From assembly GCA_022710645.1 (NCBI GenBank), contig JAKLGL010000002.1, positions 14,337 to 78,336 of the forward strand: DNA of 64,000 nucleotides, in the 5' to 3' direction. A model generated the notes under the pieces. It did no database searches. It was not told the origin of the DNA and was given only the letters and a program-made list of their open reading frames with translations. The translations under genes and the position numbers were made by a program. Below, piece after piece: positions 48,177 through 57,316 of this stretch (within the stretch, counting starts at the first letter, position 1; each line of letters begins with the position of its first letter). Origin of the DNA: Patescibacteria group bacterium (lineage in GTDB: Bacteria > Patescibacteriota > Patescibacteriia > Magasanikbacterales > GWA2-37-8).

Positions 48177-50189
48177 TTAATTAAATTCTAATTTTTTCTT
48201 TTTACTTTCTTCTTTATAAACTTCAAATACATCGCCTTCTTCAACTTTGAGTTTACCTTCATATTGCGCTCCGCATTCATTACCTTCCATTATCTCGCTT
48301 ACGCTCTGACGACCCATCTGTATTTGAGGTAATTTACCGATACCAATATGTTCACCTTTTCTTTTAATTCTAACTTTGGCATCTTTGATAATTTTTCCTT
48401 TTTCCACTCGACCGCCCAAAATTTGTTGATTTTTATCAGAACGAAAAATCTGCATTACTTTGAAAATACCAAGTTCGACAATCGTAACTTCGGGATTTAA
48501 CATTTTTTCAAGTTCTTCTTCGATATAATTGAGCATGTCATAAATAACCTTGTATTCTTTGAATTCTATACCTGTATTTCTGATCATTTCAGCAGCAAGT
48601 GGCATAGGAGTAACATGAAAAGCAAAAAGTTTAGCATTGGCAGTCTGTGCCAAAGTAACATCATCGGCTGTAATATTTCCCAAACCTTTTCCAACCACTC
48701 TGACAGACACTTCTTCGTTTTTCATTTTTTCAAAAGCGCCAATAATAGCTTCAAGCGACCCGAGCATGTCGGCTTTGATAACTACGTTAAAATATTTTTT
48801 ACCTTCTTCTTCGTTGGCGGAGTCATTGGAAATTTTCACTTTTTCCGCACCGGATTGTTGTACTCTTTTGGCTTTGACATCAATCAACTGGGCTTCATTT
48901 ACCGAACCGACATCCAAAACATCTCCGACTTGCGGCGCAACTTTAAAACCCAAAATTCTCACCGGTGTACTAGGACCGGCTTGCAAAATATTTTCTCCGC
49001 GATAATTTTTCATCGCGCGAACTTTGCCATATATTTCTCCGTTTACCACTAGAGGATCGTTGTTGATAAGCATTCCTGTTTGAACCAAAATCGTAGCTAC
49101 CGGACCCTCGCCTTTGTCAACATGAGCCTCAATAACCGTTCCGGCGGCAGACCTGTGCGGATTAGCGCGAATTTGTCCTTCATTAATATCAGCTAAAAGT
49201 AATAGGGTATCCAACAATTTATCTATATTCAAATTTTGTTTGGCGGAAATTTCCACCATTGGCACTTCACCGCCCCATTCTTCCGGAATAATACTGTATT
49301 GAGATAAGTCGGTACGCACTCGTTGAGGGTCGGCTCCTTCTTTATCTATTTTGTTTATCGCTACGATAAAAGGAAGTTTAGCGGCTTTGATAATATTTAT
49401 AGCTTCCACAGTTTGCGGTTTTACACCATCATCGGCTGCAACCACCAAAATGGCGATGTCGGCAACTTTTGCACCTCGGGATCTCATCACAGTAAAAGCT
49501 TCATGACCCGGGGTATCAATAAAAGTAATCGGGCGTTTTTCTTTGGATTTAGGATCGGTCCAAACTACTTGATAAGCACCAATATGTTGAGTAATACCGC
49601 CGGATTCGGTATCAATCACATTGGTATGACGAACCGCATCCAATAATTTGGTCTTTCCATGATCTACATGACCCATCACCACAATAACGGGAGCGCGAGG
49701 AGTTGTGGCTTCTTGCGTCAAAATATTTTCCAATTTGGTCACATGATGGCTATCTTTTTCTTCGTCTTTATTTTCAGCTCTATCAACTTTGAAACCCAAA
49801 TCTTCGGCAATTATCACAGCCGTATCATAATCCAAATTTTCATTTTGCGAAACCAAAATACCATTTTTCATCAATTCCACAATGAGTTTATTCAAAGGCA
49901 AATCCAAAAGTACGGACAATTCTTTAACTGTAATTTTATCCGGAATTTTTACCACCAAATCGCTTTGCTGACGCATTTCTTTTTCCAATTCTTTTTGTTT
50001 TTCTTTTTCTTTTTTTTCTCTTTCTTCCAAAACAAATTTTATGCGACGCCATTCTTTTTGAATTTGGTTGGCGACTCTGTCATCAACTTTTACCGCTCGT
50101 GCACCAATATCAAAACCAAACTCTGGCAAAACTTGCAAAAGCTTCTGAGGATGAATTTTGAGTTGTCTGGCTAAATCGGTTACATTCAT
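48177..50189 (-). CDS. infB: Translation initiation factor IF-2
   Basis: G domain motifs GHVDHGKT, DTPGH, NKID; start at MNVTDLARQ. Confidence 0.9.
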   Translation of the reverse strand: MNVTDLARQLKIHPQKLLQVLPEFGFDIGARAVKVDDRVANQIQKEWRRIKFVLEEREKKEKEKQKELEKEMRQQSDLVVKIPDKITVKELSVLLDLPLNKLIVELMKNGILVSQNENLDYDTAVIIAEDLGFKVDRAENKDEEKDSHHVTKLENILTQEATTPRAPVIVVMGHVDHGKTKLLDAVRHTNVIDTESGGITQHIGAYQVVWTDPKSKEKRPITFIDTPGHEAFTVMRSRGAKVADIAILVVAADDGVKPQTVEAINIIKAAKLPFIVAINKIDKEGADPQRVRTDLSQYSIIPEEWGGEVPMVEISAKQNLNIDKLLDTLLLLADINEGQIRANPHRSAAGTVIEAHVDKGEGPVATILVQTGMLINNDPLVVNGEIYGKVRAMKNYRGENILQAGPSTPVRILGFKVAPQVGDVLDVGSVNEAQLIDVKAKRVQQSGAEKVKISNDSANEEEGKKYFNVVIKADMLGSLEAIIGAFEKMKNEEVSVRVVGKGLGNITADDVTLAQTANAKLFAFHVTPMPLAAEMIRNTGIEFKEYKVIYDMLNYIEEELEKMLNPEVTIVELGIFKVMQIFRSDKNQQILGGRVEKGKIIKDAKVRIKRKGEHIGIGKLPQIQMGRQSVSEIMEGNECGAQYEGKLKVEEGDVFEVYKEESKKKKLEFN

Positions 50190-50289
50190 ATAATAAGGTA
50201 ATGAAATTATAAAGGTAATCATTAGAAAAGTCAAATATTTGGGCTGGCTTTAGAAAAAATCAAACAAAGCGATTATTTTGGCCAAGTTA

Positions 50290-50318
50290 TTGACAAATTT
50301 GCAAAAATATACTAATAT
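50290..50318 (+). promoter_or_regulatory. Consensus sigma70 promoter: TTGACA, 17 nt spacer, TAATAT
   Basis: Hexamers at 50290-50295 and 50313-50318. An AAGGTGA RBS precedes the ATG at 50376. Confidence 0.5.
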
Positions 50319-50375
50319 ATACCGGTTCCAATCGGAACAACGTGTTTTTTAACAACTTCACAAAAAAGGTGAAAC

Positions 50376-50720
50376 ATGGAAGAGATGTTGCTGAACCTTC
50401 AAAAACAGGGTTTTTGCCCTATTACAAGGAAAAAACTTACAGACACAGAAGTTATCCGCTTCGTTGGCAAAGAAAAAACTATTTTTCTCGCAAAAGAAGC
50501 GGTGGAAATGGCGGCGAAAGAACTTCGTCTTGACAGTCCTCCTTATCAAATAACTTCTGTTATGGAACGGAACGCCGGTATTGTCGGCGTGATAAGTTAT
50601 AAGACGGTTAAGAGGAATCTGGCTGCTCAGCTCTATGTAAACACAAAATTGACAGTTCGCGAACTGATTGACAAACCCGATGACATGCGGCCGAGCCGCG
50701 GTGGCTACAACAGGCCATAA
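50376..50720 (+). CDS. Hypothetical protein (114 aa)
   Basis: RBS plus ORF plus downstream terminator. Confidence 0.55.
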   Translation: MEEMLLNLQKQGFCPITRKKLTDTEVIRFVGKEKTIFLAKEAVEMAAKELRLDSPPYQITSVMERNAGIVGVISYKTVKRNLAAQLYVNTKLTVRELIDKPDDMRPSRGGYNRP

Positions 50721-50748
50721 TAAACACAAATAAACACAGTTCTTTATC

Positions 50749-50777
50749 GAGCCCCCAATTTATGGGGGCTTTTTTAT
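50749..50777 (+). terminator. Rho-independent terminator (AGCCCCCAATTTATGGGGGCT plus T-run)
   Basis: Stem-loop and U-run. Confidence 0.65.
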
Positions 50778-50825
50778 TTAAAATGCTATTTACTTATTTT
50801 TTACTCCCGTTTATAGTATTGTCAT

Positions 50826-51593
50826 ATGAAAATAATCACTAAAAATAATTTTGAACTCAAACCAAATACTTTTGTGTTGGTTGATAAGCCGGTAAACTGG
50901 ACTAGTTTTGATGTGGTTGGTTATTTACGAAAACTATTTCGCCAACAATATCCGGATTTAAAAAAAGTCAAAGTTGGTCATGCGGGCACACTTGATCCTT
51001 TTGCTACCGGACTTTTGATTGTTGCTTTGGGACGCGAAGCTACGCGAGAAATTGAAAATTTCAAAAACTTAAATAAAACTTACGAAGCGACTATCAAACT
51101 TGGGGAAATATCTAACACGGGAGATAATACAGGTAATATTCAACCTTACAAATTAAGTGGCTTAAACAAAATAATCTTCAATCTAAAAACCTGCCTGCCG
51201 GCAGGCAGATCTAAAATCTTAAATAAAACTGGACAGACACCCGCCAAAACTGAAGTAGAAAAAGTACTTGCTAAATTTATTGGCCCTCAAAAACAAACTC
51301 CTCCAATGTTTTCCGCCAAAAAAGTCAATGGTCAGAGACTTTACGATTTAGCACGCAAAGGTAAAGAAATAAAAAGAAAAGCAAACAAAATTGAAATTTT
51401 TCATATAAACATTTTAGACTATCAATATCCATTTCTAACAATCAAAGTTATCTGCTCCCCCGGCACCTATATCCGCACCTTAGCCGAAGATATCGGAAAA
51501 AAACTCAAAATCGGAGCATACTGCCAAGAACTGAAACGTACCGACATAGGACATTACAAATTGAATGATGCCATAGAATTACCTTTGAAATAA
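50826..51593 (+). CDS. truB: tRNA pseudouridine(55) synthase TruB, with a roughly 25 aa insertion relative to the canonical TruB spacing that coincides with an embedded palindromic repeat
   Basis: GHAGTLDP catalytic-Asp motif; the length and order of motifs match TruB. Confidence 0.9.
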   Translation: MKIITKNNFELKPNTFVLVDKPVNWTSFDVVGYLRKLFRQQYPDLKKVKVGHAGTLDPFATGLLIVALGREATREIENFKNLNKTYEATIKLGEISNTGDNTGNIQPYKLSGLNKIIFNLKTCLPAGRSKILNKTGQTPAKTEVEKVLAKFIGPQKQTPPMFSAKKVNGQRLYDLARKGKEIKRKANKIEIFHINILDYQYPFLTIKVICSPGTYIRTLAEDIGKKLKIGAYCQELKRTDIGHYKLNDAIELPLK

Positions 51594-51599
51594 ACAAAA

Positions 51600-51628
51600 T
51601 TGACAAAGTAACCTGTTTATGATAAGAT
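51600..51628 (+). promoter_or_regulatory. Sigma70-like promoter: TTGACA, 17 nt spacer, TAAGAT, at the start of a roughly 270 nt leader upstream of rny
   Basis: Hexamer spacing only. Confidence 0.35.
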
Positions 51629-51908
51629 AAGTATACAAAATTAATTCATTAACAATCCAGATTCCGGAGGTTGAAGACCCATATCGCTGTTTATGAATTT
51701 ATCCTTTTGTAACAGAAATCCGATTGATTATGTTAAATTTAAATCTTAATAACAAAACTTCGAATTCAGCTCTGTTGAGCCAAAAAATATTTTTGGCAGT
51801 TTTGTAATTCTTAAGATAAAAGGATAAAAAGCAGCTTTATTTGGCCAATAATAAGCCAATTATTTCTTTAACTTCCCAAAATTTTGGGATTTTTTTATTT
51901 AATCACAT

Positions 51909-53435
51909 ATGAATACTTTATACGCCGTTGGCGGATCTATTTTGTGCCTTATCGCCGGTACCATTATCGGTTATTATTGGCGCAAAAAAACCGCTTTAAA
52001 AGCCGCTAATTCGGCTGAGGCTCGTGCGGAAAAAATGCTTGAAGAAGCAAAAAGCAAACACCAATCTTTAGTTTTGGAGGCCAAAGAAAAAGCTGTCCAA
52101 ATCATCGACGAAGCCAAAAAAGAAGAAAAACAAATAAGACAAGAGCTCTCTGCCACTCAACAACGTTTGGAAAAAAGAGAAAACATGTTTGATCAAAAAC
52201 TTTTAGAGCTTCAAGATAAACAACAAAAAATTCAAGAGAAAGTTGATTTAGTAAATAAAGTAAAAGAAGATATAGAAAAAATCAAAGTTCAACAAGAACA
52301 AAAATTGCAACAAATCGCCAATTTGACTCCGGAACAAGCCAAGGAAGAACTATTTCGCAAAATAGAATCCGACTCTCAAACCGATTTAATGGGTCGGGTA
52401 ATGAAAGTAGAAAAAGAAAGCAGTGAAGTTTACGAAGATAAAGCTCGTGAAATCATAGTCGGGGCTATTCAACGTTGCGCTTCATCCCACGCCGCGGAAA
52501 CAACTTCAACAGCCGTAACTTTACCAAGTGAAGAAATGAAAGGACGTATTATCGGTAAAGAGGGTCGCAATATCAAAGCTATCGAAAAACTCACAGGTTG
52601 TGAATTGATTATTGACGATACTCCCGAAACTATAACCGTATCCGGTTTTTCTCCTATACGCCGTCAGGTAGCCAAACTTGCTTTGGAAAAATTAATGGAA
52701 GATGGACGTATTCAACCTGCACGCATTGAAGAATTTGTAGAAAAGGCAAAACAAGATTTAGCTCTCGATATCAAAAAAGCCGGAGAAGAAGCCCTTTACA
52801 AACTGGGCATAACCGGTTTAGATCCAAAAATGGTAAGTATTGTCGGACGTCTTAAATATCGTACTTCTTACGGTCAAAATATATTAAATCATTCCATGGA
52901 AGTAGCCTACCTTTCAGCTCTTATCGCCGGAGAATTAAAATTAGACGAAGCTAAAGCAAAGAAATGCGGTTTCTTTCACGATATCGGAAAATCAGTTGAT
53001 CAAGAAACTCAAGGTTCTCATCCGGAAATAGGTTATGCCTTACTTAAAAAATTCAATATTGATGAAGAAATCGCACAAGCAGCTTTAACTCATCACATGG
53101 ATAAAACTTATAACATCTTTTCCACCATAGTAAAAGCTGCGGATGCTATCTCTTCTTCACGCGTAGGAGCTCGCAAAGACAGTTATGAACAATTTGTCGC
53201 TCGTTTGGAGGAACTGGAAAAAGTGGCAAGCGGTTTTCCGGGTATTGAAAAAGTTTACGCTATTCAAGCCGGACGCGAAGTTAGAATTTTTGTAAAACCA
53301 AATGAAATTGACGATTATGCTGCTTATCAATTGGCCAAAGATGTTTGTCGTAAAATTGAACAAGAACTACAATATCCTGGAGAAATACGCGTTACTATAA
53401 TTCGTGAAACTCGCGTTGTAGAATACGCTAAGTAA
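51909..53435 (+). CDS. rny: Ribonuclease Y
   Basis: N-terminal TM, coiled coil, KH domain, HD domain (HSMEV...FFHDIGK). Confidence 0.9.
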   Translation: MNTLYAVGGSILCLIAGTIIGYYWRKKTALKAANSAEARAEKMLEEAKSKHQSLVLEAKEKAVQIIDEAKKEEKQIRQELSATQQRLEKRENMFDQKLLELQDKQQKIQEKVDLVNKVKEDIEKIKVQQEQKLQQIANLTPEQAKEELFRKIESDSQTDLMGRVMKVEKESSEVYEDKAREIIVGAIQRCASSHAAETTSTAVTLPSEEMKGRIIGKEGRNIKAIEKLTGCELIIDDTPETITVSGFSPIRRQVAKLALEKLMEDGRIQPARIEEFVEKAKQDLALDIKKAGEEALYKLGITGLDPKMVSIVGRLKYRTSYGQNILNHSMEVAYLSALIAGELKLDEAKAKKCGFFHDIGKSVDQETQGSHPEIGYALLKKFNIDEEIAQAALTHHMDKTYNIFSTIVKAADAISSSRVGARKDSYEQFVARLEELEKVASGFPGIEKVYAIQAGREVRIFVKPNEIDDYAAYQLAKDVCRKIEQELQYPGEIRVTIIRETRVVEYAK

Positions 53436-53589
53436 AGCCATTTTTTGACTGTCTCACAGACTCATAATTTTGACTTTTTAAATCAAAACATAGGCCTGTG
53501 GATAATATTTTGCCTTTCTATAGCCAAAATATTTAATCTGTGATATCATAATAATAGAAATTTAAGTATTTAATTTAATTTATTTTTCT

Positions 53590-53871
53590 ATGAACAAAGC
53601 AGAATTAGCTCAAGTTCTATCTGAAAAATTGAACATTTCCAAGAAGGAGGCCGAGGATTTTGTTAATACAACCGTAGACACCATTATAGACACCATGAAA
53701 AAAGGTGAAGAAGTGGTCTTAACAGGTTTTGGTGCTTTCAGTGTGAAAGTTCGCGCTGGTCGCACTGGTGTTAATCCGCAAAATCCGACTGAAAAAATTC
53801 AAATTCCGGCTGTAAAAGTTCCGAAATTTAAAGCCGGTAAAGCTCTCAAAGACGCTTTGAAAGCTTCATAA
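53590..53871 (+). CDS. hup: DNA-binding protein HU
   Basis: MNKAELAQVL..., GFGAFSV, RAGRTGVNPQN HU signature. Confidence 0.9.
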   Translation: MNKAELAQVLSEKLNISKKEAEDFVNTTVDTIIDTMKKGEEVVLTGFGAFSVKVRAGRTGVNPQNPTEKIQIPAVKVPKFKAGKALKDALKAS

Positions 53872-53884
53872 TCAATTCAAAATA

Positions 53885-53919
53885 AAAAATATCCCGACTT
53901 TTAGTCGGGATATTTTTTA
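53885..53919 (+). terminator. Rho-independent terminator (ATATCCCGACTTTTAGTCGGGATAT plus TTTTTT)
   Basis: Stem-loop and U-run. Confidence 0.65.
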
Positions 53920-53971
53920 TTAAAATCTTGACATTTAATAAAAGACTTGTTATAATAATCTTCGTTAATTT

Positions 53972-54043
53972 GGCCTCATCGTCTAATGGTTAGGACACCA
54001 CGCTTTCAATGTGGTAATAGGGGTTCGATTCCCCTTGGGGCTA
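53972..54043 (+). tRNA. tRNA-Glu (anticodon UUC), no encoded CCA
   Basis: Cloverleaf: acceptor GGCCTCA/TGGGGCT (two G.U pairs), D-arm GTCT..AGGAC, anticodon loop CTTTCAA, T-loop GGGGTTCGATTCCCC. Confidence 0.8.
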
Positions 54044-54194
54044 CGGGCAAAATAAAGAACCAGCGTTTTAGCTGGTTTTTTGTTTTGTCCGTATTTGTCC
54101 GGGGAATCGAAGGGTGCGAATGAGCAAGGAGCGATAGCGACATAGCGAGATGACGAAAATATATCAGTGACATATTTTCGGGCACCCCGGACGC

Positions 54195-54211
54195 GATTCC
54201 CCTTGGGGCTA
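54195..54211 (+). repeat. Exact 17-nt copy of the tRNA-Glu 3' end (GATTCCCCTTGGGGCTA), 168 nt downstream of the original. The intervening 54044-54194 is a GC-richer hairpin-rich segment.
   Basis: Exact match between 54027-54043 and 54195-54211. Confidence 0.85.
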
Positions 54212-54293
54212 CAAATAATAAAAAGATTTGATTTCAAACCAAGTCTTTTTATTATATTAACAAATACTTTATTCTAGAGTATTATATCCCCAT

Positions 54294-54878
54294 ATGATAG
54301 AATCCAACCAGGAATACGAAAAACAAACATTTACCGGCTTGAATTTATCCTCAGCTAAAATAAATTCCAGTATTTTTACCGCCTGTATTTTTAAAAAATG
54401 CAATTTCTTTCAATCCAATTTATCTAATAATTCTTTTATTGATTGTTCTTTTGTCGATTGCGATATTAGTATGACGACACTCAAAGAAACACATTTTAAT
54501 AACACTACTTTTAAAAACTGTAAACTGATGGGAAATAATTTTGAATTTTGCAGGATTGATTTCAGTTTCTCGGCAAATTTTCTTAGTTGTGTTTTGGAAT
54601 TAACAAATTTTGGCGGAGTAAAAATGCATGGAGTTAGTTTCAAAGGTTCAAATTTAAAAAAAGCCGGTTTTATCAGAGCTAAACTGACAAAATGCGATTT
54701 TAGCGAATGTGATTTTGAAGAAGCGGTTTTTGATGTCGCCGATCTTACCGAATCCGATTTTAGACAAGCATTTAATTACGCTATCGACCCGAACAAAAAT
54801 ATTTTGAAAAAAGCGATTTTCTCCATGCCGGACGTCGTCGGTTTACTGAGATATCTAGATATTAAAATCGAAAATTAA
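54294..54878 (+). CDS. Pentapeptide-repeat protein (Qnr/MfpA/McbG-like fold)
   Basis: Tandem A(D/N)LxX-type pentapeptides throughout (CDFSECDFEEAVFDVADLTESDF and similar). Confidence 0.75.
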   Translation: MIESNQEYEKQTFTGLNLSSAKINSSIFTACIFKKCNFFQSNLSNNSFIDCSFVDCDISMTTLKETHFNNTTFKNCKLMGNNFEFCRIDFSFSANFLSCVLELTNFGGVKMHGVSFKGSNLKKAGFIRAKLTKCDFSECDFEEAVFDVADLTESDFRQAFNYAIDPNKNILKKAIFSMPDVVGLLRYLDIKIEN

Positions 54879-54906
54879 AAAACCGCCAATTAATTTTGAC
54901 GGTTTT

Positions 54907-56676
54907 TTATTTCTCCAATTCCGCGCTGACCTCCAACCATTCTTCTTCTCCTTCTTCCAAAAGCTTTACTATCTCCCCCATCCGCTCATAATCTATCAAA
55001 AGAAATTTCTGAGAATTACAGATTTGTCTTTTTAATAATTTTTCTTGTTCTTTTCGAAGTTCTTGTAAATTTTCTTCTATCCTTTTCAGCTTTCTTTTCA
55101 AAATTTTATTTTCCTCAAATTTTTGTCTTTTGTCGTTTTCATTTTGACCGTTCTCTTCTTTTGAATTTGGTTTTACTTCCGCTTCTTCTTTATCTACTTC
55201 TTGCTCCAAACGATAAACATATTCTTCGAAATTATATGGCAAGCGAAGAACTTTGCCGTCTTTTACTTCCACTATCAAAGTAGCGACAGAATTGATAAAC
55301 GTGCGGTTGTGGGAAATAAAAATAACCGAACCGACAAAATCCTGTAATGCTCTGCCCAGCGCTTCCACGGTTTCAAAATCCAAATGGTTGGTAGGTTCGT
55401 CAAGCAACAATACATTGCTTTTGGTCAATAATAAACCGGCCAGACAAAGTCGAGCTTTTTCTCCACCGGATAATACGCCGATTTCTTTTTCCAAATCATC
55501 TTCGTGAAAGAGAAAATTACCGGCCATTTTCAAAACTTCTTCATCGGGAATATCGCCCGAAGCGTTGGATCGTAAATAATGCCAAACTTTTTCTTTAAAA
55601 TTAAGTCCGGCCGGCACGTGCTGAGCGTAATAAGCCATTTTCATACCGTAGGACCATTTGACCGTACCGCCAAGCAGTTTCAATTCCCCTGCCAATGTTT
55701 TGAGCAAAGTTGTCTTACCTTGTCCGTTATCTCCGACAATCGCCACTTTTTCACCTTTATCAATATCCAAATTTATATTTTCCGCTACAATTTTATCTTT
55801 GTAACCGATAGACAAATTTTCCGTTCTCACTAAACTTCCTTTTTTATATTCCACTCCCGGAATCAAAATTCTGACACGTTCAAGTTTGTCATCAATTTCC
55901 ACTTTTTCCAATCTTTCTATCGCTTTTATTTTACTTTGCGCTTGTTTGGCTTTGGAAGCTTTGTAACGAAAACGATCTACAAAAGCCTGGAGATGTTTTT
56001 GTTCGCGATCTATTTTTTTATTATACAATTTTGCAAAAGCCAAACGTTCATCTTTGTATTCCAAAAACTCATCTATCGGTCGCGGATAAAAAAATATTTT
56101 TCCGCGTTCCACTTCCAAAGTTTGTTCGCAGGTTCTCTTCAAAAACTCGCGATCATGCGATACAACCATGTAAGCGCCTTTGTAATTTATCAAAAATCTC
56201 TCCAATAAAAGTTGTGTATGCACATCCAAAAAGTTTGTCGGTTCATCAAGCAAAAAAATATTCGGCTCAGTTAGTAACATCACAGTCAATTTCAAGCGCA
56301 TCAAATAACCGCCGGATAAAGCGGATATCTTTTTATCTAAATATTCTTTGGTCAAACCAAATTTAAAAGCGATTTTTGCGCAACGCCAAGTTTCTTTTTG
56401 TGAACTATTTTCCAAATATTCCAAAACCGTTTGATCGCCATCGATAACTTCGTGTTGTTGTAGATATCCCAAGTGTGCAATAGAATGCAAAAAAATACCA
56501 CCACTATCAGGTTGTTCTTCACCCACGATGATTTTGAACAAAGTAGATTTCCCCGCCCCGTTCCGACCGATTACACCGATTTTTTGTTTTTCATTCACCG
56601 TCAAATCCGTAGCCTCAAAAACAACCTGTCGGCCGTAAGCTTTGGATAATTTTTCAATTGTCAGAAATGTGGACAT
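54907..56676 (-). CDS. ABC-F family ATPase (tandem ABC domains plus C-terminal coiled-coil extension)
   Basis: Walker A GRNGAGKST and GDNGQGKTT; signatures LSGGYLMRL and LSGGEKARL; no TM. Confidence 0.85.
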   Translation of the reverse strand: MSTFLTIEKLSKAYGRQVVFEATDLTVNEKQKIGVIGRNGAGKSTLFKIIVGEEQPDSGGIFLHSIAHLGYLQQHEVIDGDQTVLEYLENSSQKETWRCAKIAFKFGLTKEYLDKKISALSGGYLMRLKLTVMLLTEPNIFLLDEPTNFLDVHTQLLLERFLINYKGAYMVVSHDREFLKRTCEQTLEVERGKIFFYPRPIDEFLEYKDERLAFAKLYNKKIDREQKHLQAFVDRFRYKASKAKQAQSKIKAIERLEKVEIDDKLERVRILIPGVEYKKGSLVRTENLSIGYKDKIVAENINLDIDKGEKVAIVGDNGQGKTTLLKTLAGELKLLGGTVKWSYGMKMAYYAQHVPAGLNFKEKVWHYLRSNASGDIPDEEVLKMAGNFLFHEDDLEKEIGVLSGGEKARLCLAGLLLTKSNVLLLDEPTNHLDFETVEALGRALQDFVGSVIFISHNRTFINSVATLIVEVKDGKVLRLPYNFEEYVYRLEQEVDKEEAEVKPNSKEENGQNENDKRQKFEENKILKRKLKRIEENLQELRKEQEKLLKRQICNSQKFLLIDYERMGEIVKLLEEGEEEWLEVSAELEK

Positions 56677-56791
56677 ATATGTGAAAGAATATCAAATCCG
56701 AAGTTTTATGTAAAGAAAAAACCCTCGTATATCATTTGCTAAAAGCATTTGAAATACGAAGGTGTGAAATTAAGAAACCAAAGATGATTTC

Positions 56792-57196
56792 TTATGACTT
56801 GTTTTTTAAAAATATATTAGCAGTAATTGCCGCACGTAGCTCCTTGGAATTCTTATCCTTTTGACTATATGATGCATCAAATTTATCTTTACTATTTTTG
56901 ATTCCTTCGAGTAATTTTTGCACATCTTCTACCGACCACCCATCAAAACTTTTATTTAGTGTTTCGAGCATACTAGGATTGTCGTAATTAAATTTGTCTT
57001 TATATATTTTGTTAAATTCAGCTTGTTTATCTGTATTTTTAGATGTTAGGGTTGCAATATAAGTTTCTAGTTCTCCTACAAGTTCTTCATATTTATAACT
57101 ATTATCGTAGTAAGGATTATTAACATAAAAATCAACTCTGTCGTCAATTTTACTTCCCTCTTCTTCTTTAATTGAAATTTCTTCTTGTTTAGACAT
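56792..57196 (-). CDS. Hypothetical Lys/Asp/Tyr-rich protein (134 aa)
   Basis: ORF only. Confidence 0.45.
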   Translation of the reverse strand: MSKQEEISIKEEEGSKIDDRVDFYVNNPYYDNSYKYEELVGELETYIATLTSKNTDKQAEFNKIYKDKFNYDNPSMLETLNKSFDGWSVEDVQKLLEGIKNSKDKFDASYSQKDKNSKELRAAITANIFLKNKS

Positions 57197-57316
57197 ATAG
57201 TTATCTTTTAATTAAAAATTAACTTTCTTTATTCATAGTATATACTTTTGTATTACCTTAGTCAACAAATAATGTATTCATGCCACTAATAATTTTATAA
57301 AATAATTTCACAAATT

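Noticed and set aside
53983-54237. 84-aa minus-strand ORF
   Set aside because: It lies entirely across the tRNA-Glu gene and its duplicated 3'-end trailer.
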